DNA of 64,000 nt from Selaginella moellendorffii. Taxonomy: Eukaryota > Plantae > Lycopodiophyta. Position 1 is the stretch's first letter; the number at the start of each line of letters is the position of its first letter. The notes under the pieces were generated by a model that saw only the letters and a program-made list of their open reading frames with translations, searched no databases and was not told where the DNA came from. A program made the position numbers and the translations under genes. Positions 25,052 to 36,738 of this stretch are shown here, one piece after another. The DNA is taken from positions 186,001 to 250,000 of the forward strand of contig NW_003314308.1 in NCBI RefSeq assembly GCF_000143415.4, in the 5' to 3' direction.

Positions 25052-27121
25052 TCAGTCGCTCTGGCTGGCCAGTTCCTCCTCGGACACGAAGGTGCCGTGG
25101 AAACCATACGGCACCCGCGCCGGGAGCTGGACCGAGGCCAGGAGCTCCAGGTTGTCGGTGGCGGCGTCCAGCACCAGGAGCTCCGACACTCCCGTGCTCT
25201 CGTTGTGAACGAACGTGAGGACGTAGCCATCGTCCTCGGCCGCGTCCGGGTCGGACGTCCGGGGCACGAAGAAGGGCTCGCCACCAAAGCAATTCTCGCC
25301 GTGCACGCGACGGCCCACAACACAGTCGGATACCACCTCGGCCTCCGCCACCTCGGTCTCCACCTCGGCCTTCTCCTTCTTTAGCGAGAGGTCCACCTTG
25401 GCTATGCCCGAGATCTTTGGCCACGGGTCCGCCACCGCCAGGTAGAGGTAGCGGCACTGGCGGCCCAGGACGCGGCGGTTCACGGTCCCGGCCTCGAGGT
25501 TGAGCCCGGCGATGGGTGTCCGAGTTGACGTGCCCGTGGTCAAGTTGAGCCGGATCTCGCACAGCACGCTGCTCATCTCCTCGTGTCCATTGGGGGACTC
25601 GTTGAAGACGCAGTCGGGCGGAGTCATGCACGATCCCAGCACCACGACCTCGTCCTCGCTCGCCTCCCATGCATTCCAGACGTGGAAGCAGAAGCAATCC
25701 GGCACCTCCACCCACTTGAGCTCGTCCGAGGTGGTGGCGTACTTCGGGAGCACTCCAAAGCGGGCCTTCTTCTTGGGATCGTAGACCACGGGCGATTTGC
25801 CCAGGAGCATCCGCAGGAGCTGGAACACCACCTGCTGGTCCGGGATCACCACGAACCTGTCGGTGATGGCGAAGTCGTGCATCATGGTCGCCCCGGGGAG
25901 CGGGATCTCCACGTCCGGCCGCTTGGTTCCATCCGCCGCGAAGCTGAAGTACCTGAGATACGGCTTCTTGACCACGTCGTAGCTGAGCGCGAAGAGCTCC
26001 CCGGTGCGCGGGTCCTTCTTGGGGTGCGCGATCATGGAGCTCGCTTTGAGCTGCCCGTGGAAGTCGTAGCGCCCAATAGTGGAGACGTCGCCATCGCCCT
26101 CGATCCGGAGCGCGTAGGGCTGATCGTCCTCGGACATGGCCAGGAGCTTGCCATCGAAGAAGACGACGCCGGCGTTGGCCGGACCCATCCCCTTGCCCGC
26201 GTCCACCAGCCCGGCCAGGGAGCGGAGGTAGTAGAGCGCGAGGCGGGCGGCGCCACCGTGGCCGTGGAGCTCCCCCACCGCCTTGGGGAAGAAGGCGCGG
26301 CCCAGCCGCTCTTCCTGGCACAGCCGGTTTGTCCGCGTGAAGCGCGAGCAGTACGTGGCGGTACCGCCCGAGAGCCGCACGGCATGGAGCATACCGTCGC
26401 CGTCAAAGAGGTGGTGGCCGGCGACGGGCTTAAACCGCGGGTTGGCGCCGTTGCGCACGTACAGCCCGTCAAGCCCGTCGGGGAGACGGCCCGTGACGGG
26501 CAGTCGGGTGCCCGAGGCCGGGCACTCAGGCACCGGCGCGAAATTGCCCTCGAGCTGGACAGCCGGATTGGCGGTGGAGGGGAGGTGATCGCCCTCCAGG
26601 ATGGGGATGACGCGCTGCTCGATCCAGTCTAGTGCTGCCGCCGCCATCTTCTGGGCGGGTTTCCATTGCTCGATCGCGATCCCTGGCGTTTGCCCCGGCT
26701 TTGTGAAGGATTCGCGAAGGTTCCACAGGGGAATGTCGTCCCACGAGAGCGATGACTTGGGGGCGATGGAGATTGCCCGTGTGATGCTCGCCTCGAGCGC
26801 TTGGATGCAATCCTCGATGGATGGAGCTGCCGCCGCCGCTGATAGGAGACTGGCCAGAGGGGAGCTGCTGGATTCCTGGGGCGATGGCGCTGGCGATGGT
26901 GGGCAGTCGATTAAATGCGCCTGGATCCCTCTCCTGGCGCTCCTCTTGATCGTCCCCTTGGGCAATTGGGCTTGGAGCCGCGATGTGGAGCAGAGGCTGT
27001 GGTGAATTTGGCGCCTGGAGGTGAAACAAGACGAAGACGAGGAGCTGGAAGAGGACGAGGCAGAGCTCGCGATCATCAAGCTCGTGATCCCCCTGCTGCT
27101 GCATTCCATGGCTGCCGCCAT
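25052..27121 (-). CDS. NCED: 9-cis-epoxycarotenoid dioxygenase (intronless, plastid transit peptide)
   Basis: [45 protein letters not shown] (NCED rather than CCD1/4), [43 protein letters not shown]. First ATG at 27121 (the ORF-track start 27223 is a TTG), followed by a Ser-rich transit peptide. Confidence 0.95.
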   Translation of the reverse strand: MAAAMECSSRGITSLMIASSASSSSSSSSSSCFTSRRQIHHSLCSTSRLQAQLPKGTIKRSARRGIQAHLIDCPPSPAPSPQESSSSPLASLLSAAAAAPSIEDCIQALEASITRAISIAPKSSLSWDDIPLWNLRESFTKPGQTPGIAIEQWKPAQKMAAAALDWIEQRVIPILEGDHLPSTANPAVQLEGNFAPVPECPASGTRLPVTGRLPDGLDGLYVRNGANPRFKPVAGHHLFDGDGMLHAVRLSGGTATYCSRFTRTNRLCQEERLGRAFFPKAVGELHGHGGAARLALYYLRSLAGLVDAGKGMGPANAGVVFFDGKLLAMSEDDQPYALRIEGDGDVSTIGRYDFHGQLKASSMIAHPKKDPRTGELFALSYDVVKKPYLRYFSFAADGTKRPDVEIPLPGATMMHDFAITDRFVVIPDQQVVFQLLRMLLGKSPVVYDPKKKARFGVLPKYATTSDELKWVEVPDCFCFHVWNAWEASEDEVVVLGSCMTPPDCVFNESPNGHEEMSSVLCEIRLNLTTGTSTRTPIAGLNLEAGTVNRRVLGRQCRYLYLAVADPWPKISGIAKVDLSLKKEKAEVETEVAEAEVVSDCVVGRRVHGENCFGGEPFFVPRTSDPDAAEDDGYVLTFVHNESTGVSELLVLDAATDNLELLASVQLPARVPYGFHGTFVSEEELASQSD

Positions 27122-27550
27122 GGGACGATCGAAGGAAGGAGAAGAGAAGAAAGGGGGGAGAAGAGGAGGGGGAGGGGAAAAGGAAGAGATTTCTCGGAGT
27201 TGGCGAGAATTCGACAAGAACAAACCAGGGCTCTGCTGCTCTCACAATATATACGTGTTTGCTGCTCCCAAGAGATGAAGACAAATTACCATTCGCTGGC
27301 CAACCAACTGGAGGGATGGTGGAAATTTTTTTACGCAGCAGCCACGAGAAACAAGGGGGAATTTTAAGAAGGAAGCCTCTTGTGCGCGATTAGAAATTCC
27401 TGGAACAAGGAAACACGAAGAAGAGGGCCGTGGAGCTCTCGCTCTCTCTCGCTCTCGCTCACTCTCCTCGCAAGTATATCCCTTTCCAGGAATTCCGGGC
27501 CAAAAATTTAGCGCTGGGCTTCGTGTTGTGGTGGGCTTCCAAGACCGGAG

Positions 27551-27623
27551 GCGTATATATATATACGCGGAGGATTAGGGCAAGAAGAATGCCGAGTTGG
27601 AGCTCTCGCGGCACGACACGTGG
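27551..27623 (-). promoter_or_regulatory. NCED core promoter: TATA-like tract and proximal ABRE/G-box
   Basis: GCGTATATATATATACGC at 27551-27568. GACACGTGG at 27615-27623 reads CCACGTGTC on the minus strand. A distal ACACGTGGC lies at ~29715. Confidence 0.55.
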
Positions 27624-30600
27624 ATGGATGCCCCACACGGCTTAGCTGAAGGTTTTTGGAGACAATGCGGTGGTGTGTTGTGCGCCTGTGTGTGAAATTG
27701 GGATTGATCGATGGAGATTGGGTGGTATAGACAGAGGGTTGACTCAAGGAATAACCTTCTTTATTCCGGGAAAAAAAAAGGTAGATTTATATAATGGGCT
27801 TCTTTGGAGGAGACGCGCTTTTTCAACACCTTGCTTTCATGTCCGAGTTTGAATTCAATCCACTTTGTGTTGTCGTTGTTGTTGCTGCTGGTGGTTCTAT
27901 TTCAGTCGTTGCTGACAATGAAAGATCTTAGACAACTTCTCCTGGACAAGGATCAAGTTCTTGGACAAAAACGTTGAGATCAACTCCATCCCCTGGGGAA
28001 TCCATGTGTGGTAATCTCGTTAAAGGGATTCCGTGCAACGAACCTGGTGGATTAGTTTTGATCTTGCTTTATAGGGTTCTTGGGCCGGGGTCACGTATTT
28101 GTCAAGTGATGTGAGAACAGAGATCGCAAAATCTTTTAGCGCGGCTCCCCTTTTGTGTTTTTGTTTTTTCTTGGGTGTATGAGAAAATTACACATGCTTC
28201 ACGTTGGCTTCTTTCACAAATACAAAGATGTTTCATTCAAGCAATGTTCTTCCGAAAGACTTTGGGTGCTTCCTGGATTGGCGTGTGCAGCAAACCGATT
28301 CACACACGTTGTCCATCCGGCCACCTTCGTCCCAACCCGAGGTCGGTGCAGTGGGATGGTTCTTTCATGGTCAAAATGTTTGAAAGTCTTGCTTGGTACA
28401 GTAAACAGATCTTAATCAGGGCGAATTCAAATTCTTTGGGAAAAGAATAAAACGTGCAGGAAAGCATCACATGGAAGGTATTGGAAATCTAACACAGATT
28501 CATTTGAATTTGTAAACTAGTGGAGGCCGCCATGTTCAAACTGCAACCTCCCCTGGGCTTGACTTGAGTTGGAAGAACATCGGATCACGATGATTGGGGA
28601 GGGAAAACTTTCAACAAAGGCCAAGAACATGGATTAGTACCAATAAAATCTTTCCACCCACATGCCCTCTGGGCAGCTATCACATTGCCATCAACATTGA
28701 TGGGGCAGATTGGCCAGGATCTATAAAACCATGTAAGTTATTTTCTAGTTCTGGATTTCAGAAGATTCACCTTTTTATTGAATTAAGATTCACAACACCG
28801 ACAAGCTACCTCCCGCAAACTCCCTCTTTATAGCAAGCAACAGCAAAACAACAACCAACTTAACGAGTTCAAAGATGCTCATCCACTTAAACTATATCAT
28901 CATCATGCTTGACTAGCAATAAATCTGACCATCCCCACATTCAAATTGCTGCAACTTTTGCCTTCATTCCTGCCGCCACCACCTTTTCTGCTTCGTAGAG
29001 GACTCTTGCTTGGCGGCCACCCGACTAAATGTCTTATATGTGCCACAGCAAGCAAGCCGCAGCATGGAAACAGAAACAGACAACGACATTTTCTGCTGCA
29101 TCTGCATCTACTTTGCCCAGAGCCTGACAAGATATGCATGCATGCGTGATGCTGAAATGTCTAGGGTTCAGAACGGGGTGAGCGGGGATTTTGGTCTCCC
29201 ATGCCGTCACCGCCCCTCCATGTGGGCTATAATCCACGGCCCTTACAGAGAAATTGGAAGAATCTAGAATGGAGATGTTGCACTGATTTAGGCTGGGAGG
29301 GCTCCTGCTCTGACGCTTGGTTGTTGCTTGAATTTAGCAATTTCCACCTCGCCCGCTACAACCACGCAAACGCAAGGCCGCCACCCCCCTCCATGTGAAC
29401 AAAGCATGGAGATGCTTAACTCGTGCATGTGACAAAACACAGCATTTAATGTTTTTTTTTAAACTAGGATGTTATCTAGGGTTTTTGCTTTTTTTAAAAT
29501 GGAGATTCACGTCCATAACTGATATAACTGAAAAGCAAGGGGGACCCAGAGAATATGCTGCTCCCGACATATTTTTGAAATTTTGGTTTGAAGAAAATAT
29601 TTTTGGGCAGCCAATCACAGATGTGCGTGTGGGATGTCGTGGCAACTTGAAAATATAGCATCTGAATGAAACACATGGCAATGGCGGCGGGCCACCACGG
29701 GGAAAGAATCTGCTACACGTGGCGTGATCACGTCAGTTCCAAGTAGCTCTTGTCGGTCAGCATTTTGACCAACACATGGACGCTGTAAAAAAAAGTGCAT
29801 TTTCTTTTCCTCCACTCCCTTTTTTTCTTCATTGCCTTGTTTCCAAAAGGTGGCACGTCCCAAATCATTCCATGTCTTCATTTTCCATAATCTATATATC
29901 AATCTATTTATCTATCAATCTATCTACATACTATTTAGATAAAGAAAATCATGAAAAGAATACCAACAAAGAAGAAAAGAGAAAAAGCTTTCAGAAATTA
30001 GCTTTCTCTCTGAATGGCGCACACAAGAATTTCTAGAGCACACTCTCACACAAAAGTCATCTTTTGTTACTTTCCTGGTCGACCACCACCCAGGCCAGAC
30101 TTACATGTTTCCGTGAGCGTGTGCTAGAATAAATTGCAAGGCTGTCTGTCCCTCAGGAAGAAGGAGAATGACAAGCAATTGACCTGACCTGCGAGCTGCA
30201 GATTTTGAAAGCAAGTTCTGAATCAAAGAAAGAAGGAAAAAAAGGAAAAACCATTATGACTCCATTTCCTGTGAAGTTGGAGCCAGGAGGTCGGGCAGCG
30301 TTGTGGAGCTCGCAGAGACAGTCCTTTTCTTTGTATCCCTTCCATGCCTGTCGGCGCAAATGCCTCCACGGCATCGATCACATACACTAGTCGCACACTC
30401 ATCTAGATCCAACACACTCATGCTTCCAGTACCATCATTTTCTGTGTGACAAACCTCCACCGCTGTGGAGACCTTTCCTGTTGCGAAACCATCCTGATCT
30501 TGGCGAGGAAACCCCCACGAAGAACGAGGAGAGTTGGTTTGACTGTGCAAATCGCTTGGGTCAAAAGATTCTTTCCTCGCACCGCCCTTTGAATCGGAGA

Positions 30601-32042
30601 GTGAAACCTATCAAGGCAGAAGAAAAAGTATAACAAGTTGGAGAACGCCTGCTTTCGCCAGCTTGAGTGTGTTGTCGGTCAGTGCTGTAACGAAAAGTGT
30701 AGTTACAGTGCGGCAGCCAAGTGACCCTCTTTTCATGTTTTTATGAACCAGTGGATGTGATGTGCGACAGATGGAAATGGATATTGATAAGAAATTTAGA
30801 GAGAAAAGTGGCGAGGAAGTCCAAGTGTAGCGTGTTCTCTTTTTTGTGGAACACTTGGGCAGAAGTAGTTTGTTTGGATTGAGTGTTTGACCAGGTGACG
30901 AGTTTTCAAACACCTTAAAGGTGAAATCGGACTCTCAATCGTCTCCCAACCCTCACTTCATGAGATGTTTGGCTGTGCAAGCGACGGGAAGGATGCTTGT
31001 GTGTCAGTGCAAGTTGATCCTCGCTCTGCTGTGTCATATCAGAGCAACAGTGTGATGTCTGATTACTTGCAACATAAAAACGCATGCTCGTGTTTCGCGC
31101 AATAGCTAACGGGGGCATGATTCGGACGAGTAGTTCTAAACCAGGTGGATGATAATATCGTCGGCTCTGTAGCATGACATAACCCTCGATGAACACGATG
31201 CTTTGCTGGCCCGGGTAACAGATATATTCGTTCCACACCAAAGATTTCTCCGTAACAAACCCTGATGCTGTCATGATGTGGGAGCTCTAGAAACGTGGAC
31301 AAAAAGCTAGTGATTCTAAAATCATCTAGAGGGACAAAACTTTGATTTATGTCTATAATAATACATGTTTTTGGGAAATGTTCCTAAGCTCAGTGTAAAA
31401 ACAATTTTCTATAATGTGAATTTTCTGTCTACGTTTTCCCAAAAAAGGTGGTATGGCATGGTTGCACACTTGGTAAGGCGGTTTGACGAGGTGGACCAAG
31501 TGTTCCAAACACCTGAAAACTGGAGATGGCGTGGAGTCTCTCTCAATCCAATCCCAATTCCACATTCCTTGCAATCCTGCTTTTGTGGACGTTTGGTGCG
31601 AGTCACGGGAAGGATGCTTCTGTGTCAGTGCAAGTTGCACCAGTGTGTGCGTGTCTGTGATGAGTGAAAGGAAGCGTCTTCTTTGTGTCAAGCTCTGCCA
31701 TGTCAAATCGAAACAACAGTATTGTTCCTCACTTTTATTTTATTTTTTTCTTTTTGACAAGTAGAAAAAAAACGTGTCAAAATGTAAAGGGCATGGTCGT
31801 GTTAAGGAATGAATTGGACCAGTAGTTAGAAACCAGGTGGATAATCTTCAAGAGGTCTGTAGCATGACACGGACCATCCACAAACTGCTGCCCAGGAAAT
31901 CGTAGATTCTTGTTATGACGTGGTGTGCTGCAAACATGCCTTCTATAACCAATTTTGATTGGAAGGCAGAAGCCGAGACTAGGTGGTGCGGCTTGAAAGC
32001 GATGGATTTCATCAAACGAGATATGCCACAGATATTTGCGAT

Positions 32043-32687
32043 TCATATGAGCCCTATTGATATTTTGACCAAGAGCCCTAAACTAACGTACACGATTGCG
32101 GGAAAACCGGCATTGGCGGCAGCGGATGATTGCAGCGGTTCTGGAATCACAGGGCAGAGAGCAGCAGTTTTGTGATCCCTGCTCTGCCAGATCGAAGCGT
32201 TTGTAGCATCGAGCAGCACTAGATTCGCGGGGGTGCCCTGGAGCGCCGCTCTCACCACGCCTCTCCCGGATGTGTTCGTGCTCCAGCGCACGAATCCGGA
32301 GACTAGAACCTGGAGCTCGCCCTGATCCGTGAAATTGAAGTTAAATCCATAGTTGTAGCCGGAGGAGTAGCCGTCGGAGTAGGTTGATGCGCTACGATTG
32401 CGCTGGATTGTCTCGCAGGGAGAGCTCCATTTCACGAACCCGGATTGCATGACGATCCGGAGCTGCGCCCCAGATCCAAAAAACGCCCAGAAGATGAGGG
32501 AGTAGGATCCGCCGGGTGATGTGAGGATTTCCGGAGCCATTCCAGCGTTGGCATTGGCATCGAGCTGTGAGTCCCTGCTGCTCATGCCGAAGCCATAAAA
32601 CTTCCCTACTACTAACTCGGATTCAGCGGTGGTGGAAGAAACATCGAGCATCACGAGAAGAACGAGCATGGTGATTCGAATCGGCAT
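32043..32687 (-). CDS. Secreted bulb-type (GNA/B-) lectin domain protein, possibly GPI-anchored
   Basis: N-terminal signal peptide. B-lectin signature FTDQGELQVL..VRWSTNTSGRGVVRAALQG..NLVLLDATNASIWQS.DH. C-terminal small residues (SSAAANAG) followed by a hydrophobic tail. Confidence 0.75.
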   Translation of the reverse strand: MPIRITMLVLLVMLDVSSTTAESELVVGKFYGFGMSSRDSQLDANANAGMAPEILTSPGGSYSLIFWAFFGSGAQLRIVMQSGFVKWSSPCETIQRNRSASTYSDGYSSGYNYGFNFNFTDQGELQVLVSGFVRWSTNTSGRGVVRAALQGTPANLVLLDATNASIWQSRDHKTAALCPVIPEPLQSSAAANAGFPAIVYVSLGLLVKISIGLI

Positions 32688-33178
32688 GGAGCGATTGATC
32701 TAGAGAGAGCCAAATCAAGCCCTTGTGGTTTAGATATTGGAAGGATTTGACAACTGTGTAGTCTTGAATTGCAAGTTTGGTGTTTGACATTTGCACTGCC
32801 ATCACGTTCTTGGCTACAGGAGAAGAAATTTATGTTTATTCCTAGCATGTGCTGCATGCTGCTTGAAGTTAAATGGTATTGATTGCTTTATTAGTGATTA
32901 TTAAGTATTGATTGCTTTAAAAAAATGATATTGATTGCAACTTACTAATATATGGAGGAAATATCAACAAATAAAAACTATCTTCTTACAGTCTCAAAGC
33001 ACAACTATGTCTCTTACAATGAAAACGTTATTTGGGCTTTGAATAACTTATTATAAATAAGTTTTTATTTAAACTTCATGTTTAAACATAAAAACTTAAT
33101 ATTTAATTTTATGACTTTGATATGAGATATTTAAAAGAAATCACTATAAGGATTAAGTCATTTTTCAAGAAACATAAA

Positions 33179-33181
<3 letters not shown>

Positions 33182-33245
<64 letters not shown>
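33182..33245. repeat. (TA)n microsatellite, ~32 units
   Basis: Directly visible. Confidence 0.97.
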
Positions 33246-33247
<2 letters not shown>

Positions 33248-34991
33248 TATTAAACCATAACTATTATTTCTCAAGATATATCACAATAACTATTTCATCA
33301 TGCTAATTAAAATGTCTAAATTTCTGATAAATTCATATAAGGAAGTTAAATTTGTGATTATAAAGTAAATCAATAAAAGATATCTAAATATAGCCAAGCT
33401 TATAAATTATATTACTTTGAATATAATTATATTAATAATAATTATCTCCTTGAAATTTGGTGTTGGTTGTTCTTTTTTTTCAATTTTAAGTTTGGAGAGT
33501 TTTAAAGAAAATAACATTGCATTTTGTAATAATAAATATATAACTTTTTAATATGATGTTATAAGGTCCATGTGTACAGTTACATATTATTACTAGTATG
33601 GGATTTTGGTAAGCATCAGATTAGGACCACTTGCTCCTATATATAAGTTAGGGTTTTGAAATAATTGGATATTGTATTCCATTTATATATTCCGTGTATA
33701 ATATAACATAAATAGACTAATATGGTAAAAATGTAATAAATTTTATTGGTAAGCACTAAAATATAATAACATAATATTTATTCTACACTATAAATTTCTT
33801 AAGGTTTCCACTTGAATTGAAAAATATGAAACCCGATTTATAATTCTATGCTTAAATTCTATATATTCAAGCTATAAAAAAAAACAAATGCTAATTTTGA
33901 AAACCTTTACAATATAATGCCTCCTTCCTTAACATTAAAATAAGCATAATAACTGTAAATATGAGCTCTTTATAGTTGAAAAAGAAAGAAAAAGTAATGA
34001 AGAAAACTTAAAAGTAAGAAAAATATGATACTAAAAATTTATGTATTTATGTTGAATACACACACAGACACAAATATATATATATATGTAATTTGTTATA
34101 ATTTTTGGGATATTGAGCATTAGAAGATATATAGGATAAATAGTTCTCAATTACCCATTTTAAAATTGGTTTAAATAACACTAATAAGTGAATATACAGG
34201 ATAATTTACCTTCAAGTATTATACATTTATAATTTTATATTATAATTATACCTATTAAACATTCATGGTATATTCATTGTTGAGATTTAAATATACAATT
34301 ATAGCAGATGTAAAAGTAAACTATAATAATAATGTGTTTATTGAAATTTGATAATGTTTTTAATTTAATTAATTAAATTAGTAGAAAAATATTAAATTTG
34401 ATTAAGAATTTGTTTTTATAAAATTTGTTATAAATTATTTATGATTATATAATGGTAGGTACAAATACTTAGAAAGATAATTTTAATCTACTTTTGAATT
34501 GTTGTAACATGAGGATGAATTTACGTTCTTTGTATCCACTTTCATTATAAAATACTAAAGCTTTTTAAAAAGAAATTCTTTTACATTATATTAATAGTGA
34601 TCATAAGGAAACACTTATTAAATATCACTATAATTTATTTAATTAAATATTAGCTTAAATATTTTTTTATAAGTCTATAATTTAATATTTTAAATTTGAA
34701 GTAAATTAAATCTGCTTGAAGAACATGGTATGATGTCTTTAACACATTATCATTTTTGTGCTATAGTTTGTATTTGTTGTGGAAAATGTTTTTTTTTTTT
34801 ACTTATAAAAAATATTAATTACAATGTGATTTTGAATAGGAAGTTTGAAACTAAGATTTTACATGTTCAATACTGATACATACATATGCTAGAATATGCT
34901 AGTATTTCATTAACGTTATGTTACGTGGAAGAATGGAGGTCGTCTATTTGCTATCGTGCTGTGTGTGTTGGGCGAAGAGGTATAGGTCGCC

Positions 34992-36646
34992 ATGGCGGGA
35001 AGGCTTGTGTCGGATTTCACACATAATGGGCTAATCGGGAATCACCAGGTACATACTACATTGTCACGATTGATCATCCTGCAAGATTTTCTTCCTGTAC
35101 ATGATCAGTGTAGAAATCCATGGCACCGGCGGCCACAGGGTGTTGTCACCACCAAAGCGTCTCTGGGGGCTCCGGAAAGGGCGAAAAAGATTTTGATGAT
35201 GGGAGGGAGTCGATTCATCGGTGTTTACCTGGCTAGAACGCTTGTCAAGGCCGGTCATGAGGTGAATGAAAAAACAAATAGGTACTTTCTCGATGCAGTG
35301 ATTTAAATTTTTCTTGTCTCTCCGCTCCCTCTTTTGTTGGATCTAGGTGAGCCTTTTCACTCGTGGAAAGACGCCAATTACGCAGCAGCTCGCTGGCGAA
35401 TCGAATGAAGCTTATGCCGAGTATCAACTCCGAGTACACGCTTTGGCTATTTTTTTTATACGCTTTTCTCTGCTAAGTTTTGGCTGGCTTTGGTTTTTTA
35501 GGTGAAACACATTCAAGGGGATCGACAAGACTTTGAAGCTCTCAAGAGCAAGATTGGCGAAGCTGGTTTTGAGGTGGTCTACGATATCAATGGTATCGAG
35601 AAAAAAAAATTCGTTTATAAAGCTATATTTCACTATAATCATACAGGAAGAGAGGCCGCGGAAGTGGAACCCATCGTTGACGCGCTTCCGGATCTCCAGC
35701 AGTAAGAATCACAGTTAGTCAATTACTTCTCCAGTGAATTTTTCCACATTTCACAGGTATATCTACTGCTCATCAGCTGGAGTATACTTGAAGTCAGACC
35801 TTCTTCCACATTTTGAGGTGATTTAGTTTGCTCCTTTCGGTTTTGAGATTTTTTTAACTTGTGTGCTAATTCTCAGGTGGATGCTGTGGATCCGAAAAGC
35901 AGGCACAAAGGAAAACTTGACACTGAGTCTTTGCTCCAAGACAAGGGAGTAACTTGGACGTCAATCAGGCCAGTTTACATATACGGACCTCTCAACTACA
36001 ATCCAGTGGAAGAGTGGTTTTTCCATCGCCTCAAAGCAGGGAGACCAATTCCAGTTCCTGGATCTGGTCTTCAAATCACGCAGCTGGGCCATGTCAAGGT
36101 AACCAGTTCTCATCAACCTTTGCTTCTTCTGACGTGAAAATGATGTGATCTAGGACTTGGCTGATGCGTTTGTAAAGGTGATGGACAATCCAAAAGCTTT
36201 CAATCAGGTCTTCAACATCTCTGGATCCAAGTACGTTACATTTGATGGGATTGCTCGAGCATGCGCGAAGGTAAAGTATAGTTTACAATGTTTTTTTTTC
36301 TAGAGAAAAATCTACACAGGCTGGTGGATTCCCGGACCCGGAGATCGTGCACTACAACCCAAAAAACTTCGACTTTGGAAAGAAAAAAGCTTTTCCTCTT
36401 CGCGACCAAGTAAAAGCTCCATTGTTCTTCCTTCTCTTCCATAGAAATGGTTTGTTTTTCCAGCATTTCTTTGCGTCGATCGACAAGGCTAAGCAGGAGC
36501 TAGACTGGACACCGAGATTTAATCTCGTGGATGGTCTCAGAGATTCCTACGAGCTCGATTTTGGACGTGGGAAGTTCCGCAAAGAGGCCGATTTCTCGAC
36601 AGACGAGATGATACTGAGCGCTGGACGAGTACACGCCAGAGTCTAA
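34992..36646 (+). CDS. CSP41B: Chloroplast stem-loop binding protein of 41 kDa b (CSP41B/CRB), multi-exon
   Basis: KILMMGGSRFIGVYL, LFTRGKTPITQQL, GFEVVYDINGREA, YIYCSSAGVYLKSDLLPH, DPKSRHKGKL, RPVYIYGPLNYNPVEEWFFHRL, HYNPKNFDFGKKKAFPLRDQHFFAS, GRGKFRKEADFSTD. Confidence 0.94.
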
Positions 36647-36738
36647 TAGAACGCTTCTATTTCCCATGCACACTACAAACCTCGTTTATTATCACTGTGA
36701 AAACTCTCTAGATCATAATCATTTGCTGGTTTCCTTCT

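Noticed and set aside
27122-27223. N-terminal extension of NCED in the ORF track
   Set aside because: It begins at TTG in a pyrimidine-rich leader; the first ATG is at 27121.
24705-27367. Long alternative-frame and antisense ORFs (538, 349, 252 aa) over NCED
   Set aside because: These are shadow ORFs caused by high GC3 codon usage. They are low-complexity R/G/P-rich products with no motifs.
27700-30400. Conserved plant miRNA precursor
   Set aside because: By eye I found no mature sequence of miR156/160/166/171/319/408 and no long clean hairpin.
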